From Geopsychrobacteraceae bacterium (GTDB lineage Bacteria > Desulfobacterota > Desulfuromonadia > Desulfuromonadales > Geopsychrobacteraceae), in the NCBI GenBank assembly GCA_963662315.1, contig OY759353.1, forward strand, positions 1,280,001 through 1,344,000: a DNA stretch of 64,000 nucleotides, read 5' to 3'. Made by a program: the position numbers and the translations under genes. The notes beneath the pieces were generated by a model. It searched no databases and was not told the DNA's origin. It saw only the letters and a program-made list of their open reading frames with translations. This document shows positions 19,513 to 28,295 of this stretch, piece after piece. Each line of letters begins with the position of its first letter. Position 1 is the first letter of the stretch.

Positions 19513-22500
19513 TTACCAGACCGACTCACGGGTATAAATCAAACGGGGATTGCCCTGAAACAAACCAAAACTCGCCCTGGCCTTGGGATTTTCAGCTCCG
19601 TTTTTAAGCCATTTCAGACCGGCTATGTCGAGATCATAAACCACGTCAACAGTACCACTGTTGCCAGCACCAGGTGCGGACAAAACCATAGTTCCATTGC
19701 TCCCCGACGCAAAGCTGCCACTGCCTGACGCAGCCGACACAAGCGAGCCGGGGTCTTTCGTTAATTGTAAATTTGCTGAGTTTATGGTGGTGCAGGAGTC
19801 GCCGATATTAGCAATAAAGGCACCGTCCTTATAGTATTCTGTCGTGGCCGGAATGGTCAGAGGTAGAGTTTCTGGTCCATAGGCATTCCACAGCTGCAAA
19901 AGACCAAAACGTTGCTCAGTTTTGCCAATGGTACTAAACGTATAGGGGTCGCAGACACCATCGCTATTGACATCATAACAGACATTGTCACTATCGGTCA
20001 GATCGGTGGTGGTCAGAGTAAGGTTAATACTGGTAGCAAAAGGCGCTACTGCTGCAGTCGGTTTATCATAAACAACCGTTTCACCGCTAAGGACAAACAA
20101 TCCCTGACCATCATAATCTTTATCTCCAGACAAAGAGACACTACCTTTGGTTACAATGCCAACGAACAATGTTGGATCCTCGGGATAATGAGCATAACTG
20201 CGTCCAGCCCAGGAGCTGCTCAACTTCCAGAAAAAGCCACCATAATTACCAACGGTTGCCCTTCCGGTTGTCTCTGCCGTAACTTGCAGGCGCGGATCGA
20301 TAAGATACCCGAATGGCTGCCCCAAATAGGTAAAGCCAGTGCCACCACTACCACAGGCATCGGAAAACTCTGGTGAACTCGCTTCTGATAGGCTGAAATA
20401 AGCCGGTATAAAGCGCCCAACCGGTTCACTGACGCGACCAACGACCTTTCCGGTTTCAAGATAGCTGCCGTCTTTCACTTGTGGAGACAAGGTAATTATA
20501 CCAACCTCAGGCCAGCTGAAGGTTCCGCAGGCATAGCCACTAGCGCTCCCCCCCTCACAGTCAGTGCCAAATGCTTCGAAACTCCCTGCTAAAGACGGAT
20601 TGTTCTGGTCTGCCGGCGCGACAAGGGCTGAAGTCAGGCTCACGCCCTCAGGGACCGCTTCGATACCATAATTCGGCGTCACCTTGTCATCGGCATTCCG
20701 CGCTGACACTTCAACTTTAAAAGCTGCTCCGGCCTTGGTAAACACAGCTCCAAACGCATCAGCAGCAGCCGGGTTACCAGGAATCGTCAGGGAAAAATGA
20801 TCTGGACGGGTAATAAACTGATCTTCACCTGTCATGGTCAGCCCTGCGTCCTGACTCGCACTTGTGCCACTATAGGCCGCAACCAGATGGACCTGACCGA
20901 CATCCGGGTATTTCAGCGCCAGGCTACTTTCACCATTGTTATTAAATGACAGTTTGACATTGGTACCGCCAGCTGCGACATCAGTGCCATTAATATTGAC
21001 CCTCATACTACCCGTCGCCGGGTCTGTGTAGCCATAACTGAACGCCAGACTGCGACTGACATTGGCAAAACCAGGCACACATTGCTCTGAAGTCGGATCC
21101 TTGCGAACTGCAGCCAACGTCACATTCTGCGTTGTTGCGCTAACGTGGTCAGGGACGTTAAAAATGAATCCGGAATCATAAAAACTGATATCACAGTCCC
21201 CGGCAACACCATTGTCATAACACGTATAGCCATGGTTCGGAACCGGGCTGATATTGGTAACTCCCAGGGTGACCGTTGCCGGAGTTGTCTGACGCAGATT
21301 GATATAAGCAGATTCCCCGACCATCGTTCCCGCGGCCCCACCGACCCATCCTGGCTGGCCGGTGACCGGGGTCATGGTGAAATAAACGGGATCTGTATAG
21401 GCAACGGCACAATCACTGTCAGCACAGGCCCTGACGACAACCTCGGTTGGCGAACAGGTCAAGCCGCTGCCTAGATGTTCAATGCGCAAGTGATCAAGAT
21501 CGGTTTCGGAACAGACCTGGCAATTGTTACGCTGAGAAGACGTATACAGATAACTAACTTCCTGAGCAGAAAGGGCCGTTCGGGAAACATTAATCTCATC
21601 AAGTAGCCCCTTAAACACTTTGAGCTGGCTTGGACCATAATACAGGTTACCAATGTGCAGATCCGAATTATAGCCGGGAATACGCGTTGAAGATTCTTTG
21701 GCCGTGCGATCCAGAACCCCATTAATATAGATCTTAGCACGCTCATTTTCTGGGAGATTACCATCAAAAACTACAGCGAAATGGGTCCAGGTATCTTCAG
21801 GGATGGCTGAATTGGAGCTAAAACGATTATTCTCTGTATCAAGATCTACATAAAGCTTCCCATCTTGTAGAACACTGTAAAAAAATACGCCAAAAGCTGC
21901 CTGATCGGAAGGAGCGTTGCGCTTGGAGATAACCCCACGCGCATTTCCGGTAGGAGGAGGATTACGAATGGACAGCGGGTTCATCCAACCGGAAATGGTC
22001 AGGACATCGGTATCATCAAACTGGTCCTGATCATCAATAGTGATATAGTCATCGACTCCGTCAAAAATAGCTGCATTACAAACCTTACCCGCACCAATTT
22101 CGAGAGGCCCGTTTTGAACCGTTCCGTCAAACCCATTACCACTGTCGTCAATAATAACGTCGGTTTCTGTACACAGATCAAAACGATACTCAGCAACGGG
22201 AGGAGTCAAACAGTAATGAGTTTCTGCCTGCAAAGCCTCAATTGAAGCAACATCTAAAGCACCTTCATGAACCCTGACTTCATCGATATTCCCCTCAAAG
22301 CGATAGGTGCTTTCAGCCGAAAGAATATTTTCTCCGCCTATGGACGCAGAACCGCTATCGTACCCCCATGAGCCAGTATAACTGCCACTGGCAACCGTCA
22401 GCTGGTTACCGGACTGATCATAGACGTATATTTTTTTAAGATGATGGCTTATATCTGCAACGGCAGCGACAAAATACCAGGTATCATTCTGAATTACTGC

Positions 22501-23763
22501 GCTTGTATCAAGAGAAATAGGATTGGTGCTTCTGGAGAAAAAGCGAACCTGACCCGTTCCGCCATCAGCAACACTAAAGCCAATCCCCTGACTATTGTTA
22601 GGATCGTCAATAAAAATACGCTGATGCCCCCTGGCATTATTGCGTGTTCTGATCCATGCGGTAATAGTAAAATCAGATGTCAGATTAGGATAAGAAGCGG
22701 GCAAAGAGACATAATCATTATCACCATCAAAATCTGCATAGGCGCAGGTGCCTGGGTTACCGGGAACGGCCGGGGAAGTTATCTTGGTTGTTACACCGTT
22801 AACAGCAGTTGCATGATAATCGTTACCACTACTGTCGACAATTTCGTTAGCGTTACCGTACCATGCACTTTCATCAAAATGATAAAAGGCTTCTGGGCTT
22901 GTTGCTCCGCCCTCACAAAAGGCCCCCCCGTCTAACGACGTAACTCCCGACGGCGAGTAAACAACTCTGGCATCGCTAGCCAGTAGCGTGATATCTCCAG
23001 CAGCAGCTATTGCACCTTCAAAGTAGCTATTATTGGCCAGACGGACGTCCCCTGCGCCATAGAGCAACAACCTACTCTGATTGTCTTGAACTTTATAATT
23101 AATTGCTCCGTAACCAACGATAAGCAGTTTTTCAACAGAACCTCCGGAATTGATACGACCATCCCAGGTCATATTGAGGTCCGAATTAATGAAGAGTCTT
23201 GCAGTACCATTACCTTCTACGATAATTGAATTTTCAGTTGAAAAGATAAACTTTTCAATCCAATAATCATGGCCTCCCTGAAGTACAAGTTGATCCTGAT
23301 AACCCAAATCAAGTTCAGAAATATAGTATTCTGAATAGGCTCCATTATCTCTTATAGTTGTTCCATTTCCATTTGACCTGATTTTCAAGTAAGATTGATT
23401 ATCCAAACTGTACGTACCATATCCGTATGGCAAATCAACATCATACGCAGTTGTCGTTGTTTTGAATACAGGCAAGATAACACCTGCAGCAGAATTACCA
23501 CTAGCGGTGCAGTCAACGCTTCCACACGTAGCAACTCCAGCGCTATTAAATGTAATAGCATGTGCCGTTTCGAGTTGGTTGTCTGGATCATTCAATACCT
23601 GACCATTCCAATAAATCGCTATATGGCCACTATCTGTAGAATTTTGTAAGGCACTTGAAAATATAGACGCACAGGTTCCAGCATGCAATTGAGGAACAAA
23701 GAAACAATATAAATTTCCAACTATCAGACCAATGACAACCAGTAACTTCACAGTCCCTCTCAT
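19513..23763 (-). CDS. mshQ: MSHA pilus adhesin MshQ-like (DUF6701 C-terminus, two LamG/ConA-like domains)
   Basis: Signal peptide; LamG motifs 'FTITAWI...WYFVAAV...FEGNIDEVRV' and 'LTISGWM...WTHFAVVFDG...FKGLLDE'; C-terminal 'GRFIPAYF', 'NAYGPE..L.IP..EYY', 'ASFGLFQGNPRLIYTRE'; last gene of the msh operon. Confidence 0.8.
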   Translation of the reverse strand: MRGTVKLLVVIGLIVGNLYCFFVPQLHAGTCASIFSSALQNSTDSGHIAIYWNGQVLNDPDNQLETAHAITFNSAGVATCGSVDCTASGNSAAGVILPVFKTTTTAYDVDLPYGYGTYSLDNQSYLKIRSNGNGTTIRDNGAYSEYYISELDLGYQDQLVLQGGHDYWIEKFIFSTENSIIVEGNGTARLFINSDLNMTWDGRINSGGSVEKLLIVGYGAINYKVQDNQSRLLLYGAGDVRLANNSYFEGAIAAAGDITLLASDARVVYSPSGVTSLDGGAFCEGGATSPEAFYHFDESAWYGNANEIVDSSGNDYHATAVNGVTTKITSPAVPGNPGTCAYADFDGDNDYVSLPASYPNLTSDFTITAWIRTRNNARGHQRIFIDDPNNSQGIGFSVADGGTGQVRFFSRSTNPISLDTSAVIQNDTWYFVAAVADISHHLKKIYVYDQSGNQLTVASGSYTGSWGYDSGSASIGGENILSAESTYRFEGNIDEVRVHEGALDVASIEALQAETHYCLTPPVAEYRFDLCTETDVIIDDSGNGFDGTVQNGPLEIGAGKVCNAAIFDGVDDYITIDDQDQFDDTDVLTISGWMNPLSIRNPPPTGNARGVISKRNAPSDQAAFGVFFYSVLQDGKLYVDLDTENNRFSSNSAIPEDTWTHFAVVFDGNLPENERAKIYINGVLDRTAKESSTRIPGYNSDLHIGNLYYGPSQLKVFKGLLDEINVSRTALSAQEVSYLYTSSQRNNCQVCSETDLDHLRIEHLGSGLTCSPTEVVVRACADSDCAVAYTDPVYFTMTPVTGQPGWVGGAAGTMVGESAYINLRQTTPATVTLGVTNISPVPNHGYTCYDNGVAGDCDISFYDSGFIFNVPDHVSATTQNVTLAAVRKDPTSEQCVPGFANVSRSLAFSYGYTDPATGSMRVNINGTDVAAGGTNVKLSFNNNGESSLALKYPDVGQVHLVAAYSGTSASQDAGLTMTGEDQFITRPDHFSLTIPGNPAAADAFGAVFTKAGAAFKVEVSARNADDKVTPNYGIEAVPEGVSLTSALVAPADQNNPSLAGSFEAFGTDCEGGSASGYACGTFSWPEVGIITLSPQVKDGSYLETGKVVGRVSEPVGRFIPAYFSLSEASSPEFSDACGSGGTGFTYLGQPFGYLIDPRLQVTAETTGRATVGNYGGFFWKLSSSWAGRSYAHYPEDPTLFVGIVTKGSVSLSGDKDYDGQGLFVLSGETVVYDKPTAAVAPFATSINLTLTTTDLTDSDNVCYDVNSDGVCDPYTFSTIGKTEQRFGLLQLWNAYGPETLPLTIPATTEYYKDGAFIANIGDSCTTINSANLQLTKDPGSLVSAASGSGSFASGSNGTMVLSAPGAGNSGTVDVVYDLDIAGLKWLKNGAENPKARASFGLFQGNPRLIYTRESVW

Positions 23764-24156
23764 TTAGCGAATTCGACGCTCAAGTTTACGTGAGACAAAA
23801 TCAACGTTGCCAAAACTACTGTAAGTCGCTTCGGAAGTGATGTGAAAAATGACATAAGATCCAAGAGAAGCTTCATTGGAAGCTTCACTATCACAATAAA
23901 CCTTAACATTAAAGCTAGCGATAACGAAGGTCCCTGTACAAGAGTTTCCATTCAAAGCTCTGACTGTTCCCCATTCAAGGCCGCTTTGAGCTGCCTGATA
24001 TGCCCTTGCTTGTTGGACAGCAAGGGTTGAGGTTGCACTTTGTCCCCCTAAAAGACGGACCATGGCTGCACCCAGCAAGGCCAAAACGACCAGAATAAAA
24101 ATCGCCTGCACGAGCGTAAAGCCCCGTTGATCTGAAATAAAACACTTCGTATTCAT
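23764..24156 (-). CDS. mshP: MSHA biogenesis protein MshP (PilX-like)
   Basis: QRGFTLVQAIFILVVLALLG...ARAYQAAQSGLEWG...VSRKL. Confidence 0.8.
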   Translation of the reverse strand: MNTKCFISDQRGFTLVQAIFILVVLALLGAAMVRLLGGQSATSTLAVQQARAYQAAQSGLEWGTVRALNGNSCTGTFVIASFNVKVYCDSEASNEASLGSYVIFHITSEATYSSFGNVDFVSRKLERRIR

Positions 24157-24959
24157 GGCGTATTCACCACATGCACCTGCTGAATCAATGTTACCGACTC
24201 CCCGGCTTCCGTCAGGGTCAAGCGTAAAGAAACCAGGCCAGCTCTTTCAGTGGTACCAGGGTCATAACTAAAGGTACAAGCAGCCACATTGGGACTTACC
24301 AGAGAAGCTGCCTTTGCTGGAGTAAGCGATTGAGCAGCAGGAATGCCATAGTTATCATAGCGTATCAGCTGCCCTCCCGAACAAACATAACTGACCGCTT
24401 CATCAACGACAAAAAAGCGCTGATAAGGGGACTGCAGGGGAAATTGGAAAGCTGGACCAAGCTCGATATTCGCTACTGTACTAGCGGCTCCAATGGGGCT
24501 GCGATTGTCTCCGCCATAGGCATTACCCGTAGCACCGCCCGCAGCAACATTATAGACAACGATAAATTGGCCAGCACCCGGAGCGCGTGACAGGCTACCC
24601 AGTACATCGAAACTGCTATCGGCAGCTGAAAAATCCAGCACATCTCCATTACCAGCACTATCCTGGTAACGGCGGTAGCGCCCGCCATCGGTTGTATTAA
24701 TAAACTCAAGGGCAGTCCCCCCGCCACCGATACGAATGCTGTTGGGTAAAGCCGAACGAATATCGCGCTGCATGCGCCTGAGGGCCAGATCAGCCTGATC
24801 CACCAGACGAGTCCGCCGGACCAGGTCCATATAGCCGCTGACCGGCGCGACAATCAGCTTGCCCCCCAAGGCACTGAGGATGCCAACAATGACAATCACC
24901 ACCACCAGTTCAACCAAAGTAAATCCAGCCCGTGGGCTATGGGATGAATGTCTGCTCAT
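24153..24959 (-). CDS. mshO: MSHA minor pilin MshO
   Basis: GFTLVEL prepilin motif; 'LRRMQRDIRSALPNSIR'; C-terminal 'GESVTL.QQVHV.N.P'. Confidence 0.85.
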   Translation of the reverse strand: MSRHSSHSPRAGFTLVELVVVIVIVGILSALGGKLIVAPVSGYMDLVRRTRLVDQADLALRRMQRDIRSALPNSIRIGGGGTALEFINTTDGGRYRRYQDSAGNGDVLDFSAADSSFDVLGSLSRAPGAGQFIVVYNVAAGGATGNAYGGDNRSPIGAASTVANIELGPAFQFPLQSPYQRFFVVDEAVSYVCSGGQLIRYDNYGIPAAQSLTPAKAASLVSPNVAACTFSYDPGTTERAGLVSLRLTLTEAGESVTLIQQVHVVNTP

Positions 24960-24965
24960 AAGCCC

Positions 24966-25436
24966 TCAGTAACGACAGCGATAACCGGTAAGAGTCAAAC
25001 TTTGCCCGGCCGGGTCAATAACTGTGACGCGCACCTGAAGAGTGTCCACCTCTTTTCCGGTCGGACCTAAACCTGCATTTAATGCCACCACCCCCACTTG
25101 AACCTGATAACTCTTCAGCCCTAAAATAATGTTCCCCAAAGAATCCCTTACCTTGTTGTCGGGGAGATTATTATAGTCGCTAACATCATCAAACTGGGCA
25201 CGGGCGACTTCGTTCACGCCATCAGGATCGACAACCTCCTTCAGCAGTATTTCCTCTAAATATGATTCCGCTATGGCCAGCGCCTGGCGCTCTAAGACCG
25301 GATCTGCTGAATGACTGGTCGCATAGTTGATAACCAGCAAAACCCCGCTAAGAGCAATTGAAATAACGACCATGGCGACGATTAACTCGACCAACGTCAA
25401 ACCACGAGCATTGCTTTGGGACAAGGCCTTTACCAT
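24966..25436 (-). CDS. mshD: MSHA minor pilin MshD
   Basis: RGLTLVELIVAMVVI; 'SADPV..RQALAIAESYLEEIL', 'FDDVSDY', 'LTGYR..Y'; start 25436 or 25454. Confidence 0.82.
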   Translation of the reverse strand: MVKALSQSNARGLTLVELIVAMVVISIALSGVLLVINYATSHSADPVLERQALAIAESYLEEILLKEVVDPDGVNEVARAQFDDVSDYNNLPDNKVRDSLGNIILGLKSYQVQVGVVALNAGLGPTGKEVDTLQVRVTVIDPAGQSLTLTGYRCRY

Positions 25437-25437
25437 G

Positions 25438-25872
25438 TCACAGTTCTCTCGCATAACCGGTCTCTGCAACGACAGAAAATTTGTAAGTCCCCACTGTTAC
25501 AGCTACAGCAGCAGAGCTTCGTCCCATGGCATCAAAAAGAAAAGTCGTTACCGGTTCAATCTTCACAGCGGGAAAATTCGCAGCGTTGAAAGGATGTTGA
25601 TTGGAGATGGTGACAAAATTTCCGGCACTGCAGGAATTCGCATGTTGTTGGAGGTCATAGCCCGCTGCTGTCAGCTTAACCTGTACCTCGCATCCGGTGG
25701 CAACAGCAAGTTTTTGGGCATAACGAACGGCGTTGAGAACCTCGTCATAGGCAGCTCGATCGCGATATGTTGAACCATCAAGAAAAAGGGAAAACGAAAC
25801 GACTGAAAGAACGGAAAGAAGAAGAATAACCACAACAAGCTCAACAAGAGTAAACCCTTTGTCGTTTTTCAT
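25438..25872 (-). CDS. mshC: MSHA minor pilin MshC
   Basis: KGFTLVELVVVILL; 'AVRYAQKLA', 'FDAMGR', 'V.AETGY'. Confidence 0.8.
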   Translation of the reverse strand: MKNDKGFTLVELVVVILLLSVLSVVSFSLFLDGSTYRDRAAYDEVLNAVRYAQKLAVATGCEVQVKLTAAGYDLQQHANSCSAGNFVTISNQHPFNAANFPAVKIEPVTTFLFDAMGRSSAAVAVTVGTYKFSVVAETGYAREL

Positions 25873-25888
25873 CTTCCAACCCTTCATG

Positions 25889-25929
25889 GATGATGAGATA
25901 GAAAGACCCCTGTCTTCTATCTCATCATC
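25889..25929 (-). other. Long hairpin between mshA and mshC, no U-tract
   Basis: GATGATGAGATAGAAAGAC-CCCT-GTCTTCTATCTCATCATC. Confidence 0.75.
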
Positions 25930-25973
25930 GCCCAACTAATAAGCTTACTACCTAAACCGAAATCTAAAAAACA

Positions 25974-26399
25974 TTAATTTCCGGCAGCAATTAAATGGAA
26001 AGTGACAGCAGGGTTAAAAACAACTCCAGCTTTTGCTAACGTGCAAGTCGTAGAAGCACCATTAGCTGCTGCTGCTCCAGCGCAACTTAAAGTGTAATCA
26101 CTTGGCCAATTTTCCTGCAAAACTTTTTCGACTTCCGTGACAATTGTTGCCGAAGTAGCACCAGCGGCAATGGATACCTGTACACATTTATTTGCGGTTA
26201 CCACATTACCTGTAACCAGGCAACCAGCATAATTCAAAGACATTGCACTTGCCGCTCCGCCGGCAACACCTTCGGCGGAAGCTTGTTCCGCATCTTGTTG
26301 AATATCAATAAACTTCGGCACAGCAACAGCCGCCAGAATACCCAGAATAACAATAACCACAACCAGCTCGATCAGCGTAAAACCATTTTGATTTTTCAT
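25974..26399 (-). CDS. mshA: MSHA major pilin MshA
   Basis: MKNQNG/FTLIELVVVIVILGILAAVAVPKF.D class III signal; four Cys; strong AGGAG/AAGGA RBS. Confidence 0.85.
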   Translation of the reverse strand: MKNQNGFTLIELVVVIVILGILAAVAVPKFIDIQQDAEQASAEGVAGGAASAMSLNYAGCLVTGNVVTANKCVQVSIAAGATSATIVTEVEKVLQENWPSDYTLSCAGAAAANGASTTCTLAKAGVVFNPAVTFHLIAAGN

Positions 26400-26450
26400 C
26401 TTTCCTTGTTCTCCTTGTCATTAATAAAAGATATAAAGGTCTATAGGTCG

Positions 26451-26999
26451 TCAGTCCCACGGCCGTAACCAGCGGTAAGACTCCTGCTCCTTTAGTTCCA
26501 ATCCACTGATGCGTCTTATGCCCCGAGTGGATTTTTGTTCGGCAAAAACCGGTTCAATCCTGAACCGTGCTACTTTGCTACTTTTGAGCGCAGATTCAAA
26601 ATAAAGGGTGTTGCGAACCTGGTAATTCAATATCCCCTGCTGCGGGTCGTAAAACCATGAACCCTTGGCCGCCTGCCCCATAGCTGCCGAAGATACCTCT
26701 CCGACATAATTATCCGGTTTGTCTTTCAACAGATCGACGGGGTTACTGCCAATCAATGTTTTCAGTATGTCTTTATCCCCTGAGACATAAGCTTTGGCCA
26801 CCTGCATGCTGACCGCGCTGCGCATCACCCCGAGGTTATAAGCCATGGTTGTTTGCTCAATATCAACCAGGAGCTTATAGTAGTAACTAAGTGCAACAAC
26901 GCCAATAATACTAATGAAAAAAATAACAACCATGGCTTCCAACAAAGAGAAGCCACCATAGTTCTTGGAGTATCTAAATTTATTTTTATTAATATTCAC
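26451..26999 (-). CDS. Pilin-like MSHA biogenesis protein (MshF/MshB position)
   Basis: GFSLLEAMVVI prepilin-like N-terminus; 'NPVDLL...P.NYVGE...G.WFYD' ; lies between mshG and mshA. Confidence 0.6.
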   Translation of the reverse strand: MNINKNKFRYSKNYGGFSLLEAMVVIFFISIIGVVALSYYYKLLVDIEQTTMAYNLGVMRSAVSMQVAKAYVSGDKDILKTLIGSNPVDLLKDKPDNYVGEVSSAAMGQAAKGSWFYDPQQGILNYQVRNTLYFESALKSSKVARFRIEPVFAEQKSTRGIRRISGLELKEQESYRWLRPWD

Positions 27000-27033
27000 T
27001 TATTTTTAAGTTTTGATCAATAGTTTTTTTTAA

Positions 27034-28257
27034 TTATTTTGCAATGCTTGCCAAATTCCACATGGGCAAGAACACACCAAGGGCCAAAACCAGTACCATC
27101 CCACCAATAATCACAATCATGATCGGTTCAATAGCACTCGACAGGTTTTTCAGATCATAGTCAACTTCGCGCTCATAAAACTGAGCCACATCTTCAAGCA
27201 TGGTATCAACAGATCCCGATTCTTCGCCAACCGCGAGCATCTGCAATACCAGGGGGGTGAAGATCCCGGTTTGCGTCGCACTACGCGTCAACGTATCACC
27301 ACGCTCTATGCCGTTGCGAATCGCTTCTATCTTTTCAGCGATATAGCTGTTATTAACCGCCCGAGCTGTGAATCCCAAAGCCTGGGACAGTGGAATCCCC
27401 GCCGTATAGCTCATATTGAACCCGCGCGAAAAACGCACCAAAGTTGAGCGTAAAATAATATCGCCGACCAACGGTAACCTAAGTTTATAACGATCCCAGG
27501 TATAGCACCCACCAGGGGTTTTCAGCCATTGGCGGATGACCATGACCAACACAACAATGCCCAGACCGAGCAAATACCAGTAACTGACCATAAACCCGGA
27601 CAGTCCCATCAGAATCCGGGTCGGTAATGGTAACTGTGCCCCGGCACTGGCAAAGACCTTTTCAAAAGCGGGAATAACAAACAGACTGATAAAAGTTATG
27701 GCAACGGCAATCGCAATCAACACAAAAGTGGGATAGCGCAAAGCAGCCTTAACCCGGCTGATGGTTTCTTTTTCGCGCTCATAAAAGATCGACAATTCAA
27801 GAAACACCTCATCCAGTTTGCCGGTGCCCTCACCAACCTGAACCATACGGCACAACAAGGGCGGGAAAACATCGACATTGCGGCTGAAGGCCCCGGAAAG
27901 ATCCATCCCGGATTCCAGATCATCAACCACCTGAGCCAGGGCACTACCCAAGGTGGGGTTACGTGCCGTATCGACCAGCCCACGTATAGCTCTGACCAAG
28001 GGAACACCACTCGAATTCAGGGTATACATTTGCCGACAGAACAGAATCAGGTCATCAACGCCGACCTTCTTGGAACGCTTGAATAAAGTCAGGTTATTAA
28101 TACCCGCCGCTTTTTTTTGCGCGATTTCAACAATACTGATAGGAATCGCTCCCTGCCCCTGAAGCTGGGTTGCAAGGAGTTCGCTGGACAGGGCTTCGAC
28201 CTCACCTTCGACGAGCTGTCCATCAGCATCTTTGACTTTATAGCGATATAGCGGCAT
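27034..28257 (-). CDS. mshG: MSHA inner-membrane platform protein (T2SS F/PilC family)
   Basis: 'FCRQMYTL..SGVPL', 'VGEGTGKLD', 'ALRYP', 'VGEESGSVD.ML', 'IEPI....G..V..LALGVFLPMW'. Confidence 0.9.
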   Translation of the reverse strand: MPLYRYKVKDADGQLVEGEVEALSSELLATQLQGQGAIPISIVEIAQKKAAGINNLTLFKRSKKVGVDDLILFCRQMYTLNSSGVPLVRAIRGLVDTARNPTLGSALAQVVDDLESGMDLSGAFSRNVDVFPPLLCRMVQVGEGTGKLDEVFLELSIFYEREKETISRVKAALRYPTFVLIAIAVAITFISLFVIPAFEKVFASAGAQLPLPTRILMGLSGFMVSYWYLLGLGIVVLVMVIRQWLKTPGGCYTWDRYKLRLPLVGDIILRSTLVRFSRGFNMSYTAGIPLSQALGFTARAVNNSYIAEKIEAIRNGIERGDTLTRSATQTGIFTPLVLQMLAVGEESGSVDTMLEDVAQFYEREVDYDLKNLSSAIEPIMIVIIGGMVLVLALGVFLPMWNLASIAK

Positions 28258-28295
28258 AGCCTATGTCCTAGAAATATACAGCTTCAATTAACGGC

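Noticed and set aside
25974..26399. MshA as a conductive e-pilin
   Set aside because: Full-length pilin with only about 7 F/Y/W residues in 135 mature residues and long aromatic-free gaps
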